The position numbers were made by a program, and so were the translations under genes. From positions 1-25,602 of IMG/VR virus record IMGVR_UViG_3300037634_006017: a stretch of 25,602 bases of DNA. One strand, given 5' to 3'. How positions within the stretch are numbered: the first letter of the stretch is position 1; each line of letters begins with the position of its first letter. Shown here piece by piece: positions 1 through 8,240 of this stretch. Under the pieces are notes generated by a model. The model had not been told where the DNA came from. It was given only the letters and a program-made list of their open reading frames with translations, and searched no databases. The stretch is from a virus. Lineage: Duplodnaviria > Caudoviricetes.

Positions 1-1433
1 GCTACATCCGTGGTTACATTATCTAATGCATCCTGAAGCTGGAAAGCACCAACAGCGGGGTTAGCCAAAGATAGGGGAGGGTTGGCCGCTGCAACTCCTG
101 CTCTTTCGTTATAAGTAAATTCAGTAGTCCGTAAAAATGGACGAATATCTATAATATCTTTTGCTACTATGTCTGTGGAGCCCTTGTTTACTACGATGTA
201 TGCAAGGGGTAGAGCGGTCTGCCCTATAAGTTGGTAATCATCTGCATCTATATTTAAAGCCAATAGGGGAGCCATGTTAACTAAATCATCAGGAGATGGG
301 AAACTTCCATGTACTTTATTCCCATCAATATCCTTTATCCCTAAATTAGCAGTGACATCCTTATCGTTTATATTAGCTACGATACGAGTAGAGCCTACAG
401 CACCTGGATCATTACATCCAGCCGCTGTTTGAATACTAACAGGGCTTGTTGAATCAGACTTAGAGATACCAATACCTGCTCCCCTAATGATACCAAGAGT
501 AGGTTGGTACATAGTTTTCTGTGTGGTTGTGGCAGTATCACAAAATCCATCACTAAAATCTTGTGTGGCAGCAGAGTTTGAATCTATAGGGACACTATAC
601 AATACTAACAGATCAATTCTTTGGTTTGCCCCAGGTATTGGTACTGCTGAACCCGCAGAATTATGATAATAAAAATCATCATCCTTCCATTCTGGTATTT
701 CAATCTCAGATCCGTCAAAGTCTACTACCGCTGTACGGAATACCCCTCTCCACATTTTTACAAAACCTAAATGGATTTTAGATAAGTTCTCATAAGTATA
801 TGTGGCATTGGAAACATTTTTTCCAATAATTAGACCAAGTGTGGTTGGAGTTAGTGGTGCAAAATTAGACTGACCAGGCCAAGTTGCTGATCCACGCAAC
901 ATGTCAGGGCTTCCCTCTGAATTATTTTTAGATGTGGACCACCTACCTCCCATTCCTCCAGGAGAAGTATGGAAGGTATAGGTATACTCTAACCCGTTTA
1001 GGTTATATGGGCTACCTGTGGTTCCTGTACTAATAAAAGCACTCCAGATCTCGTCTCTCTTATCCGTACTAAAGGTTTCCATTAAAGTGGGAATTAAAGT
1101 AGTTCCTCCCACAGAAGTACCTTGTAATGCTAATTGGGATAAGGGATTCCTTATATCAAAGGCATCATTAACTCTGGATGTAAAGGTTCCTGGATTAACT
1201 CCTACAAACCTTCCACCTACTGGCTTAGGTTTAAGCTGTTTAATATTTGTAATATTAATTTCACTGTTTTCAGTTAGGAAAGTAGAAGCACTCCCCTTCC
1301 CTTCTACTTGATTTTTAATATATAGAATATTCTCTTCCAGTTGCATTATAGGAAGATTATCAACCTGATAAAAATATGGGTCATTTGCCTTGTAGTACCT
1401 AATCGGTTGAGTAAATTTGTATGGAGTTGCCAT
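1..1433 (-). CDS. Tail fibre / receptor-binding-associated structural protein, 3'-truncated by the window edge (>=477 aa; not in the ORF track)
   Basis: ATG at 1433-1431 overlaps the upstream TAA (TAATG). Manual translation MATPYKFTQPIRYYKANDPYFYQVDNLPIMQLEENILYIKNQ...AFQLQDALDNVTTDV stays open to base 1. It contains RIDLLVL and LPLAYIVV...DIIDIRPF, resembling the RIDxxV...LAxVxV...IxDxR pattern of phage fibre-anchor domains, and shares its N-terminal motif with the upstream tailspike. Confidence 0.75.
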   Translation of the reverse strand, partial: MATPYKFTQPIRYYKANDPYFYQVDNLPIMQLEENILYIKNQVEGKGSASTFLTENSEINITNIKQLKPKPVGGRFVGVNPGTFTSRVNDAFDIRNPLSQLALQGTSVGGTTLIPTLMETFSTDKRDEIWSAFISTGTTGSPYNLNGLEYTYTFHTSPGGMGGRWSTSKNNSEGSPDMLRGSATWPGQSNFAPLTPTTLGLIIGKNVSNATYTYENLSKIHLGFVKMWRGVFRTAVVDFDGSEIEIPEWKDDDFYYHNSAGSAVPIPGANQRIDLLVLYSVPIDSNSAATQDFSDGFCDTATTTQKTMYQPTLGIIRGAGIGISKSDSTSPVSIQTAAGCNDPGAVGSTRIVANINDKDVTANLGIKDIDGNKVHGSFPSPDDLVNMAPLLALNIDADDYQLIGQTALPLAYIVVNKGSTDIVAKDIIDIRPFLRTTEFTYNERAGVAAANPPLSLANPAVGAFQLQDALDNVTTDV

Positions 1434-4400
1434 TATAAGTCTCTATCTAAATCAAACAGGTTTGCAGACCCTAACCCTATCCCGTGAGTGGCATCAGCAG
1501 CGTAGAACCCCTCTCCTGGGTAGTCTGTGGTGGATTCGTAATAACTAAATATCTTCTTCCTGCCAGAAGTACCTAATGTACCATTCTTAGCATTAGCGAA
1601 AGTATTCATAGCTGATTCGTCTAGCCAAATCCTAGCCTCCGAATCACAAGGCAGCATAGCTGAAGTGTAGTAGAACGAAGACGCAACATTTTGTACTTGC
1701 TGATCTGCGGGTAATGTTTCTATGTACCCACTAAATCCTAAGTCCTGATATATTGCACTCACACTTGCAGGAGGAGTTGCACTACAATCAGAGGATGTTG
1801 AATACCCTTGAGCGAACAATTGGTATGGGGTTCCTTTTATTAAAGTTGCATCGGACGGAAAATTATACCCCATACTATTAAAAGCAGTGGGATTTTGCGG
1901 AGGCATATAGAAATGTCCTGCTGCTGTCTTTGGATGCCCTAAGAATTTAGCTTTAGGGTGTGGAGATACATAAATTCTAAAGGGACCAACATTTTGGAAA
2001 GTGGTTCTTCCATAATAACCCAAACCTCCTCCATGATTAACACCTTGTCCAAAAGTATCCAATACGCTAAGGCTTGAAGTATTAGGCGTAGATGAGGGAG
2101 CCCCAGAAAGCGGTGTCCATGCTGCTCCCGATACCCAACATGCACTAGGTCCGTAATAAATACTACTAAGATCTTGGGGGTGTGTAGTCCCTAAAGCATT
2201 TAGAGTTGAATTGCCTGTAGATAGGTAGGAAGCATGTAATTCTGAGTTATCCGCAATATTCCAAATTCTAAGAAGTTCACAATGACCTACTGTAGAGAAG
2301 TCGTAATATGCACCTGAGGTGTTTTGCCATCCCACGGGGAAGGTCACATTCTTTACATTGACTTGGCTATCCCCGACTGCCCTAACACACATACCTCCAT
2401 ATGACAGCCCAGACACTGAGTCAGCTGCTGGCAAGCCTATTTCTTTTAGAGGATTCGCTGTCGCTGGGACAGTTCTCGCGGATGTAACCACGAGGGCGGC
2501 ACCCGCAGTTGAGGGGAATTTAGCTTGGTTCACCAAATTATAAGAAGTATAGTTTACAAAGGGATTTGGATAAAACTGTAAGTATCCAGAAGCACACAGA
2601 GACGATAAGGCATACCCACCTGTACCTGTTGGGTAGTCTTTATTTGTAAGGTACTTACTATCCCAGTGTTGGTGATAGTCTCCCATGTCGTGAATGTCAA
2701 GTACAGAGTTTCTATTAGCCACTAAACAGGCTCTTGTTGCATGTAGATCTACCTTGGTGTGATTACCTGTATCCCCCAAGTTCCATCCACTAGCATCTAT
2801 AATGCCGTCCTTGTGGTGCGGACCAAATTCTATAGTTGATCCGTCTTCGGCCAGTGCATCAACACCAAACTGCCCTATGAATGTGGGTCCCGCAACGTAA
2901 ACATGGGAACCAGTTCCTGCATAAACCCCTGCTATCTTTTGTTGCTTAGACCATTTCTGTGGACCTAAGATTATGGTATTATCGTTCTTATGCCCAAACA
3001 TATCAAGATTACTATTATTTGTGACCCTAAATGCAGCACCCTTTATAGCACCTGTTGCTTGGTAAGCGGTAGCGAGTTCGTCTGCTACATCCAAGTTTAG
3101 ATACTTACACCCTACCGCATTCATGTAAGATCCGTTATCCACTACAACCGCAGGTAGAGTTTGTTTGGTTGTAGTAGCACCCTCTACCCTACTCTCTACT
3201 TGATGGTTTCCACTGAAGGATAATCTCTCATAAACAGAATCCATACCGCTTACATAAGTGGGTACAAATTCAGATGAGTCTAATAATACATGTTGGCCGT
3301 TAGCCTCAAAATTGGTTACAGGATAGAACGGACCAGCCTCATAACCAGTAGCGGTAGCATTTTTGTTATAATTAAATATGGATCCCTTGGCGACTAAACC
3401 CCCTTCGGCGTTATTATCAACCGTAACTTGGGAGACTTTACACACAGAGTTTTCTAAAAGAATTCCTATTTTGTTCTGGAAGGAAGCTATTCTATGGCTT
3501 GTATCAATTAAGGATTCTTTTGCCCGAATACCTTCTTGTACATTAAAGAAGGTTTGTAAGACAATAGTTTCTGACCCATCAACTTGTGCAAGCGAGTCAC
3601 CTGCCATATTAGTCCCCTTCCTTGTGTTAGGGGGGGTTATAATATTAGAATTATTTAAATCTATCCCTATTAAATTTCTATAGAAGCAGAACGGAGAATC
3701 AGCAGGTAATCCCTTGCCATTCTCTGTGGACGCGCTTAAAGTTACATTAGAATTATATGCTCGTAACCCAGCAGTAGGATTAGTTGTTACTTTAGAATCT
3801 AGAAAGTTAGGATTAGTTTCCAATTCATAATTATGAAAAGCAATAAATCCTCTACTCAAAATTACATTAGAATTATTTAACTGCATCCCTGCATCCGTAC
3901 ATCGCGCAGCAGTACAGTTCTCTATGACCACCTCAGAGTTTGTTATATCAAATCCAACTTTTGTAGTCTGTGACCCCGCAGCAGTTATATTAGCTTGGCT
4001 TGCTCCGTCAACGCAGAAGCCTCTAATGTACACTTTTCCTGCACAATCTTTTACGGAAACATTACTTAAGGAGTTTGCATACACAAACCCTATAGTTCTC
4101 TTGGTACTTAATGGAGCAACAATACCAGCCCTTTGCTGTGCAATTCCGTTATTAAGCACCACAGTATCAGAGCTAACAGAACTATCCTCATAAATATTAA
4201 CATTAAACTGGTTTGCATTAGCCGCCCCAGTACTAAGTAAGGTCCCAGCAGTATCATTAAATCTTGAAGAAATGGTTACTGTTTTTCCAGCATTCTCCCC
4301 CACTACACCCCACTCAGGGTTTAGTACAAAGGCTCTTGTATATTTATTCCACCAACTCGTCTTATCTGGGTTTTTAGAACCAACAACAACTCCCAACCCT

Positions 4401-4930
4401 AAAGACTTAGAGTCTGTCATCGTATTGCTTGCGTCTGCGGAGGAGAAAGTTAATATAGCACTAGCATTAGCATTCACTCCCGAAACTGCGGAGGAGGGTG
4501 ATGTTGAACTACCACATAAAACTTTAGCAAAGCCTCTATTAATTATCTCTATACCTGCTCCAGAACCTTCAAATTCTTTACTCTCTAAACGTAAATCACC
4601 TAAGGAACCGCTTGTACATACCTCAATTATTACTGGGAATCTGAGGGTGTTTGGTAGAGCATCAATAGCTGCGGATACTGTCCCAAAAACCTTCTTGTTG
4701 TCAATACCACAGTCGGATACTGTCAACATTAAACCGTCTACAGATGAGGCGGGATATCCTGCCATCTCATATAAGAAATTATCTCGATCTTCTAAATCAT
4801 AGATTGGGAGGTTATCTTGCTCCCAGTTATAGAATGCGCTGGAGTCGAACTTGTATACAGGATCTACCCAGTTATTAATTAACTGACCTGTGCCAGATGC
4901 TAGATATAAATCTTGAGGTAAAAATGCCAT
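1433..4930 (-). CDS. Tailspike / tail fibre with right-handed parallel beta-helix (pectin-lyase-like fold), possible polysaccharide binding or depolymerase (1165 aa)
   Basis: N-terminal anchor motif DNLPIYDLEDRDNFL is followed by FGTVSAAIDALP...VIIEV, a typical capping helix before a beta-helix. Many rung-like repeats follow: GFDITNSEV, GMQLNNSNV, GLRAYNSNV, GIDLNNSNI, GIRAKESLI, GILLENSVC, AFRVTNNSNL, GVYAGTGSHV, ALAEDGSTI, CLVANRNSVL. It lies distal to the baseplate genes. Confidence 0.7.
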   Translation of the reverse strand: MAFLPQDLYLASGTGQLINNWVDPVYKFDSSAFYNWEQDNLPIYDLEDRDNFLYEMAGYPASSVDGLMLTVSDCGIDNKKVFGTVSAAIDALPNTLRFPVIIEVCTSGSLGDLRLESKEFEGSGAGIEIINRGFAKVLCGSSTSPSSAVSGVNANASAILTFSSADASNTMTDSKSLGLGVVVGSKNPDKTSWWNKYTRAFVLNPEWGVVGENAGKTVTISSRFNDTAGTLLSTGAANANQFNVNIYEDSSVSSDTVVLNNGIAQQRAGIVAPLSTKRTIGFVYANSLSNVSVKDCAGKVYIRGFCVDGASQANITAAGSQTTKVGFDITNSEVVIENCTAARCTDAGMQLNNSNVILSRGFIAFHNYELETNPNFLDSKVTTNPTAGLRAYNSNVTLSASTENGKGLPADSPFCFYRNLIGIDLNNSNIITPPNTRKGTNMAGDSLAQVDGSETIVLQTFFNVQEGIRAKESLIDTSHRIASFQNKIGILLENSVCKVSQVTVDNNAEGGLVAKGSIFNYNKNATATGYEAGPFYPVTNFEANGQHVLLDSSEFVPTYVSGMDSVYERLSFSGNHQVESRVEGATTTKQTLPAVVVDNGSYMNAVGCKYLNLDVADELATAYQATGAIKGAAFRVTNNSNLDMFGHKNDNTIILGPQKWSKQQKIAGVYAGTGSHVYVAGPTFIGQFGVDALAEDGSTIEFGPHHKDGIIDASGWNLGDTGNHTKVDLHATRACLVANRNSVLDIHDMGDYHQHWDSKYLTNKDYPTGTGGYALSSLCASGYLQFYPNPFVNYTSYNLVNQAKFPSTAGAALVVTSARTVPATANPLKEIGLPAADSVSGLSYGGMCVRAVGDSQVNVKNVTFPVGWQNTSGAYYDFSTVGHCELLRIWNIADNSELHASYLSTGNSTLNALGTTHPQDLSSIYYGPSACWVSGAAWTPLSGAPSSTPNTSSLSVLDTFGQGVNHGGGLGYYGRTTFQNVGPFRIYVSPHPKAKFLGHPKTAAGHFYMPPQNPTAFNSMGYNFPSDATLIKGTPYQLFAQGYSTSSDCSATPPASVSAIYQDLGFSGYIETLPADQQVQNVASSFYYTSAMLPCDSEARIWLDESAMNTFANAKNGTLGTSGRKKIFSYYESTTDYPGEGFYAADATHGIGLGSANLFDLDRDL

Positions 4931-4931
4931 G

Positions 4932-5558
4932 TTAAAAGTTCAAAGTCCATTTAAATACTAATGCAAAGTCGTTAGTTTTTGCTATATTTGTGAAAGGTCT
5001 ATAAGCAACTAATTGAGACCTTTTCGTATTTCTTCCTAAGGGATTCTGCATAAATAACCCAACTTCATTGACAGTTAAGTTATTACAGGACTCCTTATCT
5101 ATGTAAAGTATATAGGTAAGAGAATTAAGATCCACTCGTTTAATACTATTATCAGAGATCAGACCAAAAAACCAAGTATCTCCATAACTTCCTCCTACCG
5201 TGGGCTTCGCCCCTCCATCCCAGTCCATTAATTCGTGCGCCTCTAAAGGTAGAAAGGAATCAGTGGTGGTTTGGTATTGGGAACCACCCCCTACTTGCCC
5301 CAAAGCGGAAACCAAGCTAGTTTCAGACACGCCATACGAGCCAACCTTAGTATCCCCAGACACGCCTATTTGGAAATAACGAATTTGGAAATTAGTTATA
5401 TCCGCAGCACCTGACCCTGCGTAAAGAAGTCCCAGACCAACACCCATACCTGATGTGATGGTATTGGGATCATTAAGAACCCTTTCTTCGGTCCCATCCC
5501 CAAAAACTTTATATATTTCGAGATGTCCTGAAACATTTAAATTATCATTATTACTCAT
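4932..5558 (-). CDS. Tail-collar / baseplate fibre-attachment-like protein, paralogue 3 (208 aa)
   Basis: Motifs SGHLEIYKV..DGTEE...PNTITSG, YFQIGVSG, NEVGLF and LVAYRPFTNIAKTNDFALVFKWTLNF match the pattern of stand-alone tail-collar-like proteins encoded after gpI-like genes in myoviruses. Clear similarity to the neighbouring 225-aa protein. Confidence 0.65.
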   Translation of the reverse strand: MSNNDNLNVSGHLEIYKVFGDGTEERVLNDPNTITSGMGVGLGLLYAGSGAADITNFQIRYFQIGVSGDTKVGSYGVSETSLVSALGQVGGGSQYQTTTDSFLPLEAHELMDWDGGAKPTVGGSYGDTWFFGLISDNSIKRVDLNSLTYILYIDKESCNNLTVNEVGLFMQNPLGRNTKRSQLVAYRPFTNIAKTNDFALVFKWTLNF

Positions 5559-5569
5559 CTTTTACCTAC

Positions 5570-5578
5570 TTATTATAG
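5570..5578 (-). promoter_or_regulatory. CTATAATAA motif, candidate -10-only (late-type) promoter
   Basis: Lies in the 24-nt gap before the 208-aa gene (TTAGCTATAATAAGTAGGTAAAAG-ATG). An identical 9-mer is at 22113-22121. No recognisable -35 hexamer. Confidence 0.4.
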
Positions 5579-5582
5579 CTAA

Positions 5583-6260
5583 CTATACTCCTGTATAATG
5601 GTTATCTACATTGGTAGATATACCCAAAAATCCAACTGACCAATGGACAACTAATGAAAACTCAGAGGTTTTTGTTACGGGAGTAAAACTTCTATAAGCC
5701 ATCAATAGAGGGGAGTCTTCTTTAAACCCTTTTGGGTTCTTTGCAAATAAACCTATTTCACTTATTTCCTTACCGTTTCCTGTTTTTTCATCTAACACAA
5801 TTTCTGATTCAAAGGAATCCATAAAAAACTTGGATAGTCTTCCTTCTTTGATCTTGGAGAAATACTCATCAGTACCTGAGAACGCTATTGAGGAGAGCAC
5901 AGCACTAGTAAATAAAAGCTCCGTATAGGTGCTCCCCCCATCATCTGTGGAGGCATTAAACCCTCTATACTTACTTTCTACAATAAAGTCTGTGTCGTCT
6001 CCGTAATCATCCCAACTAAATGGGGTACTAAGATGATAGAAATAACTAGATGTAGTAACAGCAGGATCATAATCCATAGAGCTTGTTCCCACTTGAAAAT
6101 AATAAGGAGAGTAACTATCTGTATTTAGGGATCCTCCCCCTCTTTGTATATCAATAAAGGAAGACCCTAGACCCGCAGTAACCAGATTAGCTCTATCTAC
6201 TATTGTGTCTTCAGTTCCATCACTGTAAACTTTACAAATTGTAATATGTCCTCTAAGCAT
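5583..6260 (-). CDS. Tail-collar / baseplate fibre-attachment-like protein, paralogue 2 (225 aa)
   Basis: Motifs RGHITICKVYSDGTED...NLVTAG, YFQVGTSS, SEIGLFAKNP and LMAYRSFTPVTKTSEFSLVVHWSVGF. The start overlaps the upstream stop by 8 nt. Confidence 0.65.
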   Translation of the reverse strand: MLRGHITICKVYSDGTEDTIVDRANLVTAGLGSSFIDIQRGGGSLNTDSYSPYYFQVGTSSMDYDPAVTTSSYFYHLSTPFSWDDYGDDTDFIVESKYRGFNASTDDGGSTYTELLFTSAVLSSIAFSGTDEYFSKIKEGRLSKFFMDSFESEIVLDEKTGNGKEISEIGLFAKNPKGFKEDSPLLMAYRSFTPVTKTSEFSLVVHWSVGFLGISTNVDNHYTGV

Positions 6261-8238
6261 TTCCTGTTGCCCTAAAATCTAGTGTCCATCTTATTTTTAA
6301 ATCTGCATAATTTAAAGAACCTGCTGTTGCTCCGTTATCACTAATTCTTGATAAATTATCTATAAATTTCTTAGAACTAAATAGTCTATATCTAAGTGGG
6401 TTGTCTATTGGATCAAAAACAAAGGGAGGAGAAGAATATTTAAGTGCTTCCTTTATATCCACAGTCCATAACCCTATGTTGTATATACCCCCATAAAGGT
6501 TAGCCAGCCCAAGATCACCAGACAACACGTTAGTTTCGTATACTACCCTACCATTATTTTGATAAGATGCAGCTTGAGAAGACACAATTAATCCGTGTCC
6601 TGACAAGGTTACACCGTTTCCATCATCTCCAACTCTTTCATTTATAGGATCATAAACCCTACCCACATATCCAGAAATATCCATAGAGCTTGCTTCATTA
6701 AAGCCGCTGTTATAATTTCCTGAGACAATTTGATTTTCAAAAGCAGCAGACGTTGTTAAACTACTGACCATAGACCAGTTTGTACCTCCCGTGCTAGACC
6801 CTTCAGGAAAACATCCTAATTGATAAGCATTTACTCCAATATAATTATTAGGTACACCATCAGAGGAGTTTTTAGCATTCCATAAAGAAGATAAATTATT
6901 CTGTTCTATAAATTTAGACTGCAAAGCAAACTTCTGTCTATAGGGTATTAAATTTAAATTTTGACCCAAATCAAAACCCGTAACCACAGAGCTTAAAGAA
7001 AACTCTGATTCCGTATTAGACCCCTCTAATCGTCCGTCTAAGGGGTCGGGGTATGTGGGGAGTCCAGTATAGGGGTAGTACGAGGAAACATCAGGAGGAC
7101 CGCTCACACGGACGATAGGAGCACTAGCCGCAGACTCCAACCCAACTCCAGAGAAAGACCTACCCATAGCCAACGTGGATCCTGAGAAGTCCCAATTATT
7201 GGGGCATACTCCGTCTGTCCTAAATTGAAGCTCCGTTGGGAATTTACCTACCTCAAGTTGGCACCCATATATATAAGCACCTCCTGATGCGCCACCATCA
7301 GTACATAGCGCAGGATAAAAAACCGCTTCTATCCCTGAAGTTGCGGAGGGAGAAAGAACGGAAACCCAAGCCCTATACCAATTATCCCCCGCATATTCTA
7401 CTCCAGCATTTGCTTCCCAATTAGGAACAACCCAGCCATTTGCCTCTGTTCTGGCAGATTCAGTTCTCCACGTTTGGTTTACGCCACTTATAGACCCATT
7501 AGTTAGATCAGTATATAAATTAATAGCGGTTCTTGCATTACCTAAACCCGAATCTCCGCTGTAACCATCCCCCTTACTTGTTAGCTTTATATGTATACCT
7601 CCATGATCAGTATCATCGTTGCTGTTGCAACCAGTGTTATTAATGGGGTAATCACCAAAAGCTTGTTTTGTGTATAGGGACCAACACAACCAAGTATCTT
7701 GAAAAGCACTTGCGGTAAAATCTACTCCCCCATACCCTTCAAGCATACGGCACGGATGGAAGTACCCCGAAGTAGCTCCAGCGGCGAGATTTATATCATC
7801 ATCCACCACCGTAACAACATGTGCGGTAGAGGAGGGTATATTAGAAAACATTGAGGGGGGCGAAACTTCAGGAGTAGAACTAATACTATTAATAGTCCCA
7901 CCAACTACTGAAAATAAATCTGTGGACGAGGGTGTTGAGTAGGGATTTAAATTTCTATTAGCTACTGTTAGTCCAGGTGACGGACAAGTATAAGAAGAAA
8001 CAGGATAAGCATGGGCATTTCTGAAGTACCCCTGTGCGTCCTTTCCAAAGGATATGGCCTGTACAACCCAGTTTGAAGTATCCATAACTCTAGGTGCAAT
8101 ACCCAAAGTGCTTGAGGGTGCAGTAAGCATATCGACAATAGTTTGCCCTGCTCCGTTTACGACAAGATTATCCTCCTCGTAAACAAGCTTTTCTCGATCT
8201 CCATCTAAGACCGCAAATATTTCTACCTTACCTTTCAT
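6253..8238 (-). CDS. Tail-collar-like paralogue 1 with a large internal insertion including a putative carbohydrate-binding jelly-roll domain (661 aa)
   Basis: N-terminal KGKVEIF...EEDNLVVNGAG and ISFGKD and C-terminal YNIGLW...LFSSKKF...LKIRWTLDF match the two short paralogues. The internal NLNPYS...DNWYRAWVS...YIYGCQLEVGKFPT resembles the NL...WYR...GxQLExG..PT module common in phage fibre proteins. Confidence 0.6.
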   Translation of the reverse strand: MKGKVEIFAVLDGDREKLVYEEDNLVVNGAGQTIVDMLTAPSSTLGIAPRVMDTSNWVVQAISFGKDAQGYFRNAHAYPVSSYTCPSPGLTVANRNLNPYSTPSSTDLFSVVGGTINSISSTPEVSPPSMFSNIPSSTAHVVTVVDDDINLAAGATSGYFHPCRMLEGYGGVDFTASAFQDTWLCWSLYTKQAFGDYPINNTGCNSNDDTDHGGIHIKLTSKGDGYSGDSGLGNARTAINLYTDLTNGSISGVNQTWRTESARTEANGWVVPNWEANAGVEYAGDNWYRAWVSVLSPSATSGIEAVFYPALCTDGGASGGAYIYGCQLEVGKFPTELQFRTDGVCPNNWDFSGSTLAMGRSFSGVGLESAASAPIVRVSGPPDVSSYYPYTGLPTYPDPLDGRLEGSNTESEFSLSSVVTGFDLGQNLNLIPYRQKFALQSKFIEQNNLSSLWNAKNSSDGVPNNYIGVNAYQLGCFPEGSSTGGTNWSMVSSLTTSAAFENQIVSGNYNSGFNEASSMDISGYVGRVYDPINERVGDDGNGVTLSGHGLIVSSQAASYQNNGRVVYETNVLSGDLGLANLYGGIYNIGLWTVDIKEALKYSSPPFVFDPIDNPLRYRLFSSKKFIDNLSRISDNGATAGSLNYADLKIRWTLDFRATGNA

Positions 8239-8240
8239 AC

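Noticed and set aside
1-8238. Diversity-generating retroelement, invertible fibre cassette or CRISPR-like repeats near the fibre genes
   Set aside because: I saw no reverse transcriptase, recombinase or nucleotide-level repeat pair. Paralogy is visible only at protein level. A self dot-plot would be needed to exclude this fully.
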